The position numbers and the translations under genes are program-made. This document shows positions 28,945 to 38,329 of a stretch of 64,000 nucleotides of DNA, piece after piece. The notes below the pieces were generated by a model, which searched no databases, was not told the origin of the DNA, and saw only the letters and a list, made by a program, of their open reading frames with translations. This DNA is from Desulfatiglandales bacterium (lineage in GTDB: Bacteria; Desulfobacterota; DSM-4660; Desulfatiglandales; HGW-15), in NCBI GenBank assembly GCA_963667015.2, contig CAXXJJ010000004.1, positions 2,624,001 to 2,688,000 of the forward strand, in the 5' to 3' direction. Numbering within the stretch: position 1 is the first letter of the stretch; every line of letters starts with the position of its first letter.

Positions 28945-30285
28945 TCATTCAGCAATACAATAGAGACTTTTAAACCCTCTTAAATATAAATTTTTACCGA
29001 TAACCGCCGGGGATGCATCAAAGTTGTCATCAAGCTGATTTTTAGAAGCAACACTTAACTCTGCCCCATCCTTGAGCACATAGCACATCCCGTTTCGGCC
29101 CATGACATAAACAAAGCCGTTAACTCCCACGGGCGATGCATAGACGCCCTTCATTCCGTCAAGCTTTTCTGCTTCATAGAATATTTTTCCGGTTTTGGCA
29201 TCCGCACAGCTCAGTCTTTCATCGTTTCCACGGAGATAATATAATCTGTTATTATAGAGGAGCGGAGAAGGGACATAGGGTGTATTTTTATTGTACGTCC
29301 AGACAAGGGCAGAGGAGCCTTCCAGATTCCCTCTGGCTTCCTCCAGTTTTATGGCCTGAAGGGCAGCTCCCCTGAAACCGCTGATCAGGTATACCAGAGT
29401 ACCGTCAGTTACAGGCGATGGAATCACATTATCAGTCATGCCGGATATCTCCCAGATCAGATCGCCGTTTTCCAGATCGTATGCTACTGATTTACCTGTT
29501 GCGGCTATAATCAACTGGAGTTTCCCTTTTACCGGAACAACCAGTGGCGTTGACCAGGAGGTTTTCTCATCCCGCTTCTTTTTCCAGATAATTTCACCGT
29601 TAGTTTTATTGAGCACATAAACATATGAATCTTTTTCATGATCCCAGTTTACAATAAGATAATCCTTATAGATGGCAGGGCTGCTCCCCTCTCCAAAGGA
29701 TGCCCTGATATTCATATCGCCAAGGTCCTTTTCCCAAATCAGGTTGCCTTTCAGATCAAGGCAGTAGATTCCAAATGATCCGAATGAAGCGATGAGGTAT
29801 TTTCCGTCTGTCACACAGGACTGTGAAGCCCAGCTTCCATCATTGTGCGTACCCTCGTGGGGAAACTGTTCATGAACCGCCTTCTGCCAGATAACCTTTC
29901 CGTTTTTCCGGTCAATGGAATAAACCACAAACTGCTGCAGATATTCAGGCAATTTAGGCTGCATCCACGAGGCTCCTCCCGCCTTTAATTTCTCCAGTAC
30001 TTCAGGGGGAGCCTTTTTATCAAGGGAGACTGCGGAGGTTATAAATATCTGATCTCCCCATATAACAGGTGTTGAGAGGCCCTTTCCGGGCACAGGAATT
30101 TTCCATTTCACATTTTTTGTTTCACTCCATTCAGTTGGGGGATCCCCTTTTACAACTTCACCGGTAAACAGGGGACCGCGCCAGGTGGGCCAGTTATCGT
30201 TATATTCCAAAGCATTCACCTGGCTGAACAACATGATAAATATTACATAAAACAGTATAGTTAACAGAGGCAGTTTTAATTTCAT
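28945..30285 (-). CDS. Secreted PQQ-type beta-propeller protein
   Basis: Signal peptide, NWPTWRGP, STPVIWGD, C-terminal ASPAV...LYLRG..SLYCI. Confidence 0.9.
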   Translation of the reverse strand: MKLKLPLLTILFYVIFIMLFSQVNALEYNDNWPTWRGPLFTGEVVKGDPPTEWSETKNVKWKIPVPGKGLSTPVIWGDQIFITSAVSLDKKAPPEVLEKLKAGGASWMQPKLPEYLQQFVVYSIDRKNGKVIWQKAVHEQFPHEGTHNDGSWASQSCVTDGKYLIASFGSFGIYCLDLKGNLIWEKDLGDMNIRASFGEGSSPAIYKDYLIVNWDHEKDSYVYVLNKTNGEIIWKKKRDEKTSWSTPLVVPVKGKLQLIIAATGKSVAYDLENGDLIWEISGMTDNVIPSPVTDGTLVYLISGFRGAALQAIKLEEARGNLEGSSALVWTYNKNTPYVPSPLLYNNRLYYLRGNDERLSCADAKTGKIFYEAEKLDGMKGVYASPVGVNGFVYVMGRNGMCYVLKDGAELSVASKNQLDDNFDASPAVIGKNLYLRGFKSLYCIAE

Positions 30286-30503
30286 GAGTATGTCTCCTTT
30301 TTTATATGCCGTTTATAATATTAATAAAATTACCTGACCATGAATTTTAAATTATATATCAAAAATATATAACATAATAAATATTTTTTGGAATTTAAAT
30401 TACTCTCGAATAATATTTGTTTCCCCAAAAATCTGAAACCTGTTGAAGGACTACATCGCGTCTGTTATTGTTGGGATTAAAATATTTAAAGAGTAAGCTA
30501 TTT

Positions 30504-30887
30504 ATGATTGATAAAGGCAAATATAATATAATTGAGTATCAACTTCCGGGTGACTGGAAAGTACTGGCTGGAAAAACAGACGCGGACAATGACTATTTAA
30601 GCCTCAAGCTGGCAAACCCCAATGACTACTGGTTTCATGTGAGAGGCATGCCCGGAAGCCATGTGATTTTAAGAGAGAAGGATGGTGAAGAACCTGATAA
30701 ATCGGTACTGAAGGAGGCTGCAGCCATTGCAGCCTGGCACAGCAAGGCTAAAAACGGCGGGATTACAGCAGTATCATGTACTATGGCAAAATATGTTTCA
30801 AAACCAAGAGGAGCAAAACCCGGAACAGTTACTATAAAAAAGGAATCTGTTTTAAAGGTAAGGCCGGGGATACCTGGTCAAGAGTGA
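30504..30887 (+). CDS. NFACT RNA-binding domain (DUF814-like) protein
   Basis: AGKTDADND, DYWFHVRGMPGSHVIL, AAAIAAWHSK, YVSKPRGAKPG. The start is uncertain. Confidence 0.85.
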   Translation: MIDKGKYNIIEYQLPGDWKVLAGKTDADNDYLSLKLANPNDYWFHVRGMPGSHVILREKDGEEPDKSVLKEAAAIAAWHSKAKNGGITAVSCTMAKYVSKPRGAKPGTVTIKKESVLKVRPGIPGQE

Positions 30888-30896
30888 TTCTTACTG

Positions 30897-32027
30897 CTAA
30901 TTCTTCTTAAAAAGTCCCTCAAATACTCCATACCCTTCTTTTTCCAGATCCTCTCTTGGGATAAACCTTAATGAGGCAGAATTTATGCAATACCTCAACC
31001 CGGTTGGCTCTGGCCCATCATCAAAAACATGACCAAGATGGGAATCGCCATATCTGCTCCTCACCTCGGTACGGGTCATAAAGAGCCTTCTATCCTTTTT
31101 TTCAACTATATTGTCATTCACCAGAGGCCTTGTAAAACTTGGCCAGCCGGTACCAGATTTATATTTGTCAGTTGAACTGAACAGGGGTTCACCTGAGACT
31201 ATGTCAACATATATACCTTCTCTCTTATTATCCCAGTATTCATTCTCAAATGCCCGCTCTGTACCTTCCTCCTGCGTTACCTTATATTGAAGAGGGGTGA
31301 GCATGGCCCTGATTTCGGAATCGTCAGGTTTGCGGTATTGGGGGGCTTCCATTGAACTTTTCATTGACTCTTTCATCTCTTTATATTTCTCATCGCCCAT
31401 ATTGTCTTCCCAGATCTTTTCCAGAAACTGATCCCTGCCTGAATTCCACCGGTAATATTTGTACCTGATCGGATTTTTTTTATAATAATCCTGGTGATAT
31501 TCCTCTGCCGGATAGAATTTTTCAAACTTTAATATCTCGGTTACTATGGGCTTGTCGAAAACACCCGATTTTTCCAGCTCTTTTTTGGATTCCTCTGCTA
31601 TCCGCTTCTGTTCTTCGTTGTGGTAGAAGATAGCACTCCTGTACTGATTTCCACGATCGACAAATGATCCGCCCGCATCTGTAGGGTCAATATGTTTCCA
31701 TAGAACATCCAGAACCTGTTTATATATTATTTTCTCGGGATCAAAAATTACCTGGACCGCCTCAAGATGACCTGTTTTTCCGCTGGATACCTCCTTATAG
31801 GTAGGGTTCTCCTTGTGACCTCCGGTATAACCTGAAATTACCTCTATTATTCCATCAACCTTTTCAAAGTCCGACTCCACACACCAGAAACATCCCCCGG
31901 CGACTGTTGCCGTTTCGGTTTTTACCATTTTTGTATCCATGGCATTCTCCATTGAATCAGAATTACTAAAATTAATGAAAAAAATGCTTGCAACTAACGC
32001 AACTAAAATAATTATTAATGATCTCAT
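30897..32027 (-). CDS. msrAB: Exported methionine sulfoxide reductase MsrA-MsrB fusion
   Basis: [15 protein letters not shown] (MsrA); [23 protein letters not shown] (MsrB); N-terminal signal peptide. Confidence 0.95.
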   Translation of the reverse strand: MRSLIIILVALVASIFFINFSNSDSMENAMDTKMVKTETATVAGGCFWCVESDFEKVDGIIEVISGYTGGHKENPTYKEVSSGKTGHLEAVQVIFDPEKIIYKQVLDVLWKHIDPTDAGGSFVDRGNQYRSAIFYHNEEQKRIAEESKKELEKSGVFDKPIVTEILKFEKFYPAEEYHQDYYKKNPIRYKYYRWNSGRDQFLEKIWEDNMGDEKYKEMKESMKSSMEAPQYRKPDDSEIRAMLTPLQYKVTQEEGTERAFENEYWDNKREGIYVDIVSGEPLFSSTDKYKSGTGWPSFTRPLVNDNIVEKKDRRLFMTRTEVRSRYGDSHLGHVFDDGPEPTGLRYCINSASLRFIPREDLEKEGYGVFEGLFKKN

Positions 32028-32391
32028 TTCCAGACCTCTTTTCCCGAATCTTCAAGTTTCAGAAACTTTTCATGTGCTAACCAGCCTGTTTTTATACAAT
32101 ATAAGTGCTCGTGACCGGAAATCCATCACAAAATTACAACATTTTCATATAATCGGCTTTTGAACTTGACTCGGAAGAAATAAAACTCAAACCGGGACCC
32201 TTTAAATGCAAGGTAATTTTTTAATTTGCACATTTCTGGGTTCACCGTTGCACATGAAATTGTGCTTTTTTAAATTTATTCAAATAAACAAATCCACCCG
32301 GCACTCCTTCCTTAATATCAAAACGTTTAAAACTCCCGTTATTCAAGGGGTTTCACTGTTTTTCCTGTTGCCGGACCATATATCAATTCTT

Positions 32392-32408
32392 CCGGCACGA
32401 TGCTTGTA
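32392..32408 (+). promoter_or_regulatory. Possible sigma54 -24/-12 promoter
   Basis: CCGGCACGATGCTTGTA (GG-N10-GT variant). Confidence 0.35.
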
Positions 32409-33140
32409 AAAGGCTTTTTTAATCAATCAGAAATGCAGCCTGAAGCTTTCCACCCTGTTAAAGGCTGTTAGTATTTTCGCTTTTCCTTCAGTCCTCAGCC
32501 TAAACCGCTTACCTGGCACGCCATAGCCTTTGACGACGGCGGCAGCCTGTTTTAAAAAGGAGACAATTATGAGCAAAGTGCAGTCAATAAAAATCGAAGA
32601 CATTGTGATTGATAACAGCATTTACCCCGGAAGCAGCATAGATCACAAAAGGGTCTCCATGTTTGAGGAAAACATGAGGGACGGCTTTGAGTTTGATCCC
32701 ATCCACCTTCAGGATCATCCGGACGAACCCGGTAAATACAGCATCCTGGACGGTGCACACCGGTTCAAGGCTTATAAAGGCACAGGGGAGAAGGTAGTCA
32801 AGGCGGAGATAATTAATCTCAATGGAGAAGATCCTCTGCTGTATGCTGCAAGTAAGGCGATAGGCCCCAGAGAGCTTAAGGATGACGAGGCAAGGGAGAT
32901 TGCCAGAAGGGTGTACCTGAATAACCCGAGAGTATCATCAGTAAAAGTCGGGAAAGCGGTTGGTCGTTCAAGGCAGGCAGTGGATAGTTATATAAGTGAT
33001 CTTCGTGCAAGTTACCAGATGGATCAGGATATCAAAATATACAAAATGAATAACCTTGGTATTCCACAGGAAAGAATCGCTCGAAGACTGGGATTGGATC
33101 AGAAGACAATTCATAACCATTTAGGAGAAATGCCAAAGCT

Positions 33141-33290
33141 GATGGACTCGCAAAAAGTCGAATAATCGTTATAACCCAAAAAATCGAGTCTCCTATTTGC
33201 CTCAGAATCGACGATTACATGATTAGACATGGGTTAAAGGCCATCAAAATAGTATTCTTTTTGCTGACGCTGACTTTTTGCGAGATCATC
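33141..33290. mobile_element. 150-bp MITE
   Basis: TIRs GATGGACTCGCAAAAAGTC and GACTTTTTGCGAGATCATC (17/19 match); 6-bp direct repeat AAAGCT at 33135-33140 and 33291-33296. Excision restores the reading frame. Confidence 0.9.
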
Positions 33291-33477
33291 AAAGCTGGCA
33301 TTTCTCCTAAATAGCGAATTTAAGAAAGGGTTTTCGGTAAATCAGGTTGCTGAAAAGCACGGCTGGCCTGAATCTCTGATGTGGTCGGTAAAATTGAACG
33401 GAAAAAGTGACATTCCTAAATACCAGGAATTACAATGGGGGCTCAGGACATGGGACGAATGGAAATGGAATGATTGT

Positions 33478-33527
33478 TTACCCCGTGAAATTCATGTCAA
33501 TGACAGCAGAGCGGATTACACAGAGGT
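33478..33527. repeat. 50-bp palindromic insertion
   Basis: TTACCCCGTGAAAT...ATTACACAGAGGT interrupts NDC|DRR; removing it restores the frame into the methyltransferase motif. Confidence 0.7.
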
Positions 33528-34062
33528 GACAGAAGATCCGGTGACGAATGGCCCGGAAGAATACCTGCTCAGCTTATAGCACATATACTTTATTACTTCT
33601 CAAAACCCGGTGATCTGGTTCTTGACCCCATGGCCGGAGGCGGTGTGGTGGCGGACACCTGCCTGGCATTCAACCGGCGATGCTAGAGTTTCTGAGATCA
33701 GGCTGGTACTGTCTCAGCAATGCAGAAAAAGAGAATACTGGGTGTGACCGGCAGGAATGTCATTGTAGCGAAGAAAAAAAATAGGCTGCCGCTTTTCACC
33801 CTGTTAAATGCTGCATCGCAGCTTACTCCAATATCTTTCTTTGAATTGCTTTGATATTACAGGTTCTTAGAAGTTAATTAATTATTTAAGGACGCTTTAA
33901 ATAGGACATTTATAGGCGTTTTTTATATTATATTTTTTAAGAGATTGTTGACGTTTAATATCATTAAAGCTAATCTTAAAATCTTATCAAATGTCATGGC
34001 TTTTATAAAAAATCGGAGTTACACTATTCACATTATAAAGATATCGAAAACGTGAGGTCTTT

Positions 34063-34836
34063 ATGGTTATCAATGAAGTTTTTACAAATCCCACAGTAAA
34101 AAAAGTTATATTTCAGATACGTTTTCCTAATTTGTTTTATATAGAAAATAAAATCGGTGAAATTCAATTAAAACTAATGAAAGAATTTCCAGAATCAGCC
34201 TTAATACATAAACAGACAATTGTTTTCACCGATGTTGGGCCGAAAGGTGAAATAAAAAAGAACCTTGATAATTTTCCAGAAGAATCGACAAATAAAATTT
34301 GGCAATTCGAGTCAGAGAAAAAATATAAATTAAATATACAAAGCAATTCTCTGGATATTAGTTCTTCAGTACATAAAACATATAATAATCCTAAATCAGA
34401 TATTAGATTTAGAGATATTATGGAATTTGTTCTCAACAGTTTTTTTGAAGTAACACAGATACCGGTCATTAAAAGGATTGGATTGAGATATATAGATGAA
34501 TGTCCAATTCCTGAAGAAAAAACTAGTAAAGCGTTTAAAGAGTATTATAAAACGACATTCCCTCTCGCTCGTTTTAAACTAGAAGATGCTGAACAATTAA
34601 ATTTTAGAGCGGTAGTGAAACGAGCTGACTTATCTTTAACATTCAACGAATCTTTTTCAAAGACAGAGAATGATTATAAATTAATTTTAGATTTTGATGC
34701 GTATAAAGAAAATATTGATCCCGACGAATGTTTAGCTGTATCAGATAGACTACATGACTTAATAATAAAAGAGTATGAATTATCATTGAAAGATCCTGTT
34801 TATGATTATATGCGCAAGGAGCCTAGTAATAGCTAA
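34063..34836 (+). CDS. TIGR04255-like family protein
   Basis: NPTVKKVIFQIRF, IKRIGLRYID, LILDFDA; AT-rich. Confidence 0.8.
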   Translation: MVINEVFTNPTVKKVIFQIRFPNLFYIENKIGEIQLKLMKEFPESALIHKQTIVFTDVGPKGEIKKNLDNFPEESTNKIWQFESEKKYKLNIQSNSLDISSSVHKTYNNPKSDIRFRDIMEFVLNSFFEVTQIPVIKRIGLRYIDECPIPEEKTSKAFKEYYKTTFPLARFKLEDAEQLNFRAVVKRADLSLTFNESFSKTENDYKLILDFDAYKENIDPDECLAVSDRLHDLIIKEYELSLKDPVYDYMRKEPSNS

Positions 34837-35084
34837 TGGATGAAATAGATGGATCGAACATTTTCGCAGAAGAAGATATGACTGCTACTGGCAGCCATGA
34901 CTTCGAAAAGAAAAAATATATTACCTACCCATTCGATAAGTATGAAATAACAGTTGAACTTACATCATCCAATCGCTTTATAGGCATTGTAGAAGTTAAA
35001 GTGAATAAAGATTTTCGTACCTTTTCTCAAAAAATTGCCTCTGCAAATGTACATGATGTCGAGGAATACTATAAAGATGAGTAA
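34836..35084 (+). CDS. Small acidic hypothetical protein
   Basis: 82 aa, TAATG-coupled to the upstream gene and overlapping the downstream start. Confidence 0.7.
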   Translation: MDEIDGSNIFAEEDMTATGSHDFEKKKYITYPFDKYEITVELTSSNRFIGIVEVKVNKDFRTFSQKIASANVHDVEEYYKDE

Positions 35085-35721
35085 AAACCCATTTTACCTT
35101 GAACCATTTGATACTAGTTTTCGTTTTGGTGATGTTTTAAAAGGTTTTGTCGTATCGACTCCTAATTTTTCCAATCCACCTCTCACCAATGAGAATATGA
35201 ATTTTAATATTGAAGTTTCATTACCTTCTTATTGTGTCGTCTTATCGCCTTGTTGTTCTATCTCAGATAAGACAATTGCTTTGTCCCCTTTGATAAAATT
35301 GTATCCGACTTTTTTTAAAAATGAATACTTTACGGAGGACTTAACAAGAGTTAATAGACTTGTTCCACCTGAAAAAACTATGCCTTCTTATGCTTGGGAA
35401 AAGCTCTCTCTTGAAAAAAAACAGGAAATACTCGATAAAGGAGAAGGTTATACGTTTCTTGATCTGTTTATTTATAAAGAACATGATCTTTTTCCAAAGT
35501 ATGAAATTTCTAGAAAATCAGAGGATAATATTTTTACGAAATATTACATGATCGATTTCAGAAATATATTTAGAGTAAATTCCTCAAGCATAAAAAATCC
35601 AAATGTTGTCCCCATAGAATCAAAATGTCTTCAATTAACAATTGAAACACGAACAGATTTGAGACTCAAAATAACAAAATATTTTAGTAGAATACCAGAT
35701 GAAGATATTACGGGAGATTAG
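35077..35721 (+). CDS. Hypothetical protein, possibly a divergent MazF/PemK-like toxin
   Basis: Pattern GDVL...VVLSPCC...LSPL...IDFRNIF...YFSRIP. Start adjusted to ATG 35077. The fold is an inference. Confidence 0.55.
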   Translation: MSKNPFYLEPFDTSFRFGDVLKGFVVSTPNFSNPPLTNENMNFNIEVSLPSYCVVLSPCCSISDKTIALSPLIKLYPTFFKNEYFTEDLTRVNRLVPPEKTMPSYAWEKLSLEKKQEILDKGEGYTFLDLFIYKEHDLFPKYEISRKSEDNIFTKYYMIDFRNIFRVNSSSIKNPNVVPIESKCLQLTIETRTDLRLKITKYFSRIPDEDITGD

Positions 35722-35852
35722 CATTCTAAGCTGTGTAACAGTTTAGTGCAGAAACATGACATTCAGGGGACGTCCTCAAATAATCAAACAACATTTTCCC
35801 CTCTTGGTAAAATAAGACTTCTAACGAGTTTTGAACAGGTAACCAATCTGTC

Positions 35853-36269
35853 TCAATTGCCTGTATATTCAGGTCCTCGCATAAAACCTGATGCAAATGT
35901 TTTTTTCAAAGGCCCCAGGATAGTTTCAATGTCGGATTCATTAATTCTTTTCACATCTATCCCATTTTGCTCAGCTTCTTTCCTGAATACATCATCCGCA
36001 GAAGAGTCCCCGGTTACGATTAACATATCCGCCCACTGATTCTTTGCCTCAAACGCTGTTTGGAAGAGTTCTTTCACATCCTTTTCCAGGGGTGCTTCAT
36101 CAACCACACGTGATAAAACATATCCCATTACATAGCAGCTTGCAGCATCCATCAGTACATAGATATCGTAAGGTTCATCCTGAACAAGCAGAAACTCTTC
36201 ATTGACTCTGACTGCTATCCATGCTTCATTTACGCGGAATTGATCGGGTGTGATCATTCTGCACTCCAT
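35853..36269 (-). CDS. Hypothetical protein
   Basis: 138-aa ORF with protein-like composition; the start may be MITPDQ (~36257). Confidence 0.65.
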   Translation of the reverse strand: MECRMITPDQFRVNEAWIAVRVNEEFLLVQDEPYDIYVLMDAASCYVMGYVLSRVVDEAPLEKDVKELFQTAFEAKNQWADMLIVTGDSSADDVFRKEAEQNGIDVKRINESDIETILGPLKKTFASGFMRGPEYTGN

Positions 36270-36515
36270 TGCACGATATGTATAAAAGCTGTTTCATCAG
36301 TTCCGGATATCTTTACATTTTGAATGATATACAGAAAGATAAACCGGAATTTAATCATAAATTATCATAAGTAATCAGTTATTTTCGTATTGAGGCATTG
36401 GAATAATAGCTGGATTGGTTTTATTAATCAATGGTAATTAGGCATAGAGCATAGGGCATGAGGTAAGCAAAAACCTTGGCATAGTGCATAGCGCGTGGGC
36501 TAGTGTCAAAAAGCA

Positions 36516-36660
36516 CTGGATACCACGATCAAAGCCTGCCCCGCACTCGATGGGGGGTCGCGGTATGACGGGCTTGGGTTGGATACTGCAATTCCGCCTT
36601 CGTATTAAGACTTCGGCGCGACAGGCAAGTCACGGAAAGACGGGTTTGGTTGGATATCGC
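36516..36660. repeat. Tandem REP-like units with nested palindromic inserts
   Basis: CTGGATACCACGATCAA[gcctgccccgcactcgatggggg]GTCGCGGTATGACG, followed by TGGATACTGCAAT[ccgccttcg...ttcggcgcgacagg]CAAGTCACGGAAAGACG. Confidence 0.65.
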
Positions 36661-36926
36661 TATTCAGCAGTGTGGCTTTTTGCGTCAGATGAAATAGAAT
36701 CATGTGCTTTCTTGAAAGCCATCATTTTAGCCTGCGCCGAATCTAGAATAGTATCCCTGATAAATGAACTTGCTTCTAATATTTCTATCCCTATTAAATC
36801 ACCATTCTCATTCAACTCAGCAGTGATATTGGGGCTCAGTTCAACGCTGTTAGATTCATTCCCTTCCGAGATAATAAAATAAAGGATATCTTCTTCTTTG
36901 AAGTATGTCATTTTTGCTTTATCCAT
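36660..36926 (-). CDS. DUF2283-like putative antitoxin
   Basis: YFKEEDILYF...ELNENGDLIGIEILEAS. Confidence 0.85.
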   Translation of the reverse strand: MDKAKMTYFKEEDILYFIISEGNESNSVELSPNITAELNENGDLIGIEILEASSFIRDTILDSAQAKMMAFKKAHDSISSDAKSHTAE

Positions 36927-37200
36927 ATATGAATCTCCCGGTCTTTAAACGAAAATTTATCTGTTGTCGTGTCGTTGCATGAATAGTTATCGGGTTGATT
37001 TTTTCTCCGAGTTGTTCATAAGGAATCATAACCAAATGGCCATCATGCCTCCCGACTGCTATGTTACGTTGCGTTATTGTATCAAAATAACGTTCATCGG
37101 AATACCTTAAAATGTTTTCAATCTTTTTGAATTGAAAACCCCTCAAATCAATCCTGTATTTCATATAATCAGACCATTCGATTTGAGCAGGATTTTCCAA
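36919..37200 (-). CDS. DUF4258-like (RelE/BrnT-type) putative toxin
   Basis: 93-aa basic protein, WSDYMKYR...LRG...ITIH, overlapping the DUF2283 gene. Confidence 0.7.
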   Translation of the reverse strand: MENPAQIEWSDYMKYRIDLRGFQFKKIENILRYSDERYFDTITQRNIAVGRHDGHLVMIPYEQLGEKINPITIHATTRQQINFRLKTGRFIYG

Positions 37201-37450
37201 ATTTACCCTCTAGTGCATCAATTAAAAAAAAAGTGATGAAAATGTGAACCAATTCTTATTTAGTACTGAAAAGTTAATTCATTTATTGAACTCCGGGAAT
37301 ATATAATAATCAGATTTTTCTTGTTGAAGCACTGAAATAATAGCTGTTTAAGTTTCATTAATCAATCATAAATAGGCCGGATAGAAGCATAGCGCAGAGT
37401 GCATGGAGCAGAGAGTATGGGAAAAGCCATTTTAACAGATTAAAAATTCT

Positions 37451-38263
37451 CTATTTACCTTCAATAAACCAGTCTATCAGTTTCCGGGCAATACTGATAC
37501 TGGGAGGGATTCGTGGGATTTCATCTCTGGCAAACCAGGCGGCATGTGATATCTCTTTTTTATCAACATTTATTTCACCGCTCTCGTATTCGGCCGTAAA
37601 TCCGACCATAAGCGAGTCAGGGAAAGGCCATGGCTGACTACCGAAATATTTGATATTTTTCACCTCAATCCCTACTTCCTCACGTACTTCACGCCTTACA
37701 CATTCCTCGAGATTCTCTACCGGCTCCACAAAACCCGCAAGGACGCTGTAAAATTTTGAAGGGAATCGGGGAGAGCTGCCCATTAGAAGCCTGTCATCTC
37801 TGGTAACCGCTACGATTATTGCCGGGGAAAGACGAGGATAATATACCTGCGCGCATTCAGTACAGACCTTTGCACGTTCATCCTTTTTATCTTCGGTCAA
37901 TTTACCGCATTTGCCGCAAAACCTGTGATTTCTGCTCCATGTTATATACTGGCTGGCAAGCCCTGCAATCCGGACAAGATCCACACCTATTTCACTAACC
38001 AGGGGAAGAGGAGAATGAACGGAAAAAGAGTGAGAGAGTTTTTCTGTACTTGTTATCTCGGCAGCATAACAGGGCACATCATTATATGTACCCACATACT
38101 GGATATGTTCTGAAACAATATTATTTTCTTTAAGTTTCTTGTATTCAGGGATTGATAGTGTTTCGTTTTCCGAGAATACAATTATCTTTTGTTCATGAAC
38201 CAGAAACCATAGAGAGCTGGATTCAATTTTTTCAGGAAGTTTAAAATCAGAAACAAAATTCAT
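37451..38263 (-). CDS. nudC: NADH pyrophosphatase
   Basis: FCGKCG, CTEC, YPRLSPA, Nudix box GFVEPVENLEECVRREVREEVG, SQPWPFPDS. Confidence 0.95.
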   Translation of the reverse strand: MNFVSDFKLPEKIESSSLWFLVHEQKIIVFSENETLSIPEYKKLKENNIVSEHIQYVGTYNDVPCYAAEITSTEKLSHSFSVHSPLPLVSEIGVDLVRIAGLASQYITWSRNHRFCGKCGKLTEDKKDERAKVCTECAQVYYPRLSPAIIVAVTRDDRLLMGSSPRFPSKFYSVLAGFVEPVENLEECVRREVREEVGIEVKNIKYFGSQPWPFPDSLMVGFTAEYESGEINVDKKEISHAAWFARDEIPRIPPSISIARKLIDWFIEGK

Positions 38264-38329
38264 TTATAATGCCTTTCAATTGGAGCAAAACCTTAAACCT
38301 TATACCGTAGACCTTAAACCTTTCTTTTA

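Larger units (their letters stand above)
32569..33784 (+). pseudogene. ParB/Srx-domain - HTH - DNA methyltransferase fusion, inactivated
   Basis: ILDGAHR (ParB), HTH segments, and downstream PGRIPAQ...DLVLDPMAGGG (SAM-binding motif I). Disrupted by two insertions, TAG at 33684 and an apparent deletion. Confidence 0.85.

Noticed and set aside
33684..33686. Pyrrolysine or stop read-through at TAG
   Set aside because: The gene has multiple other lesions; a TGG-to-TAG nonsense change is simpler.
36440..36660. CRISPR array
   Set aside because: Units are degenerate with very short linkers and no unique spacers; no cas genes in the window.
36484..36882. 132-aa plus-strand ORF
   Set aside because: Runs through repeats and antisense to the DUF2283 gene; spurious.
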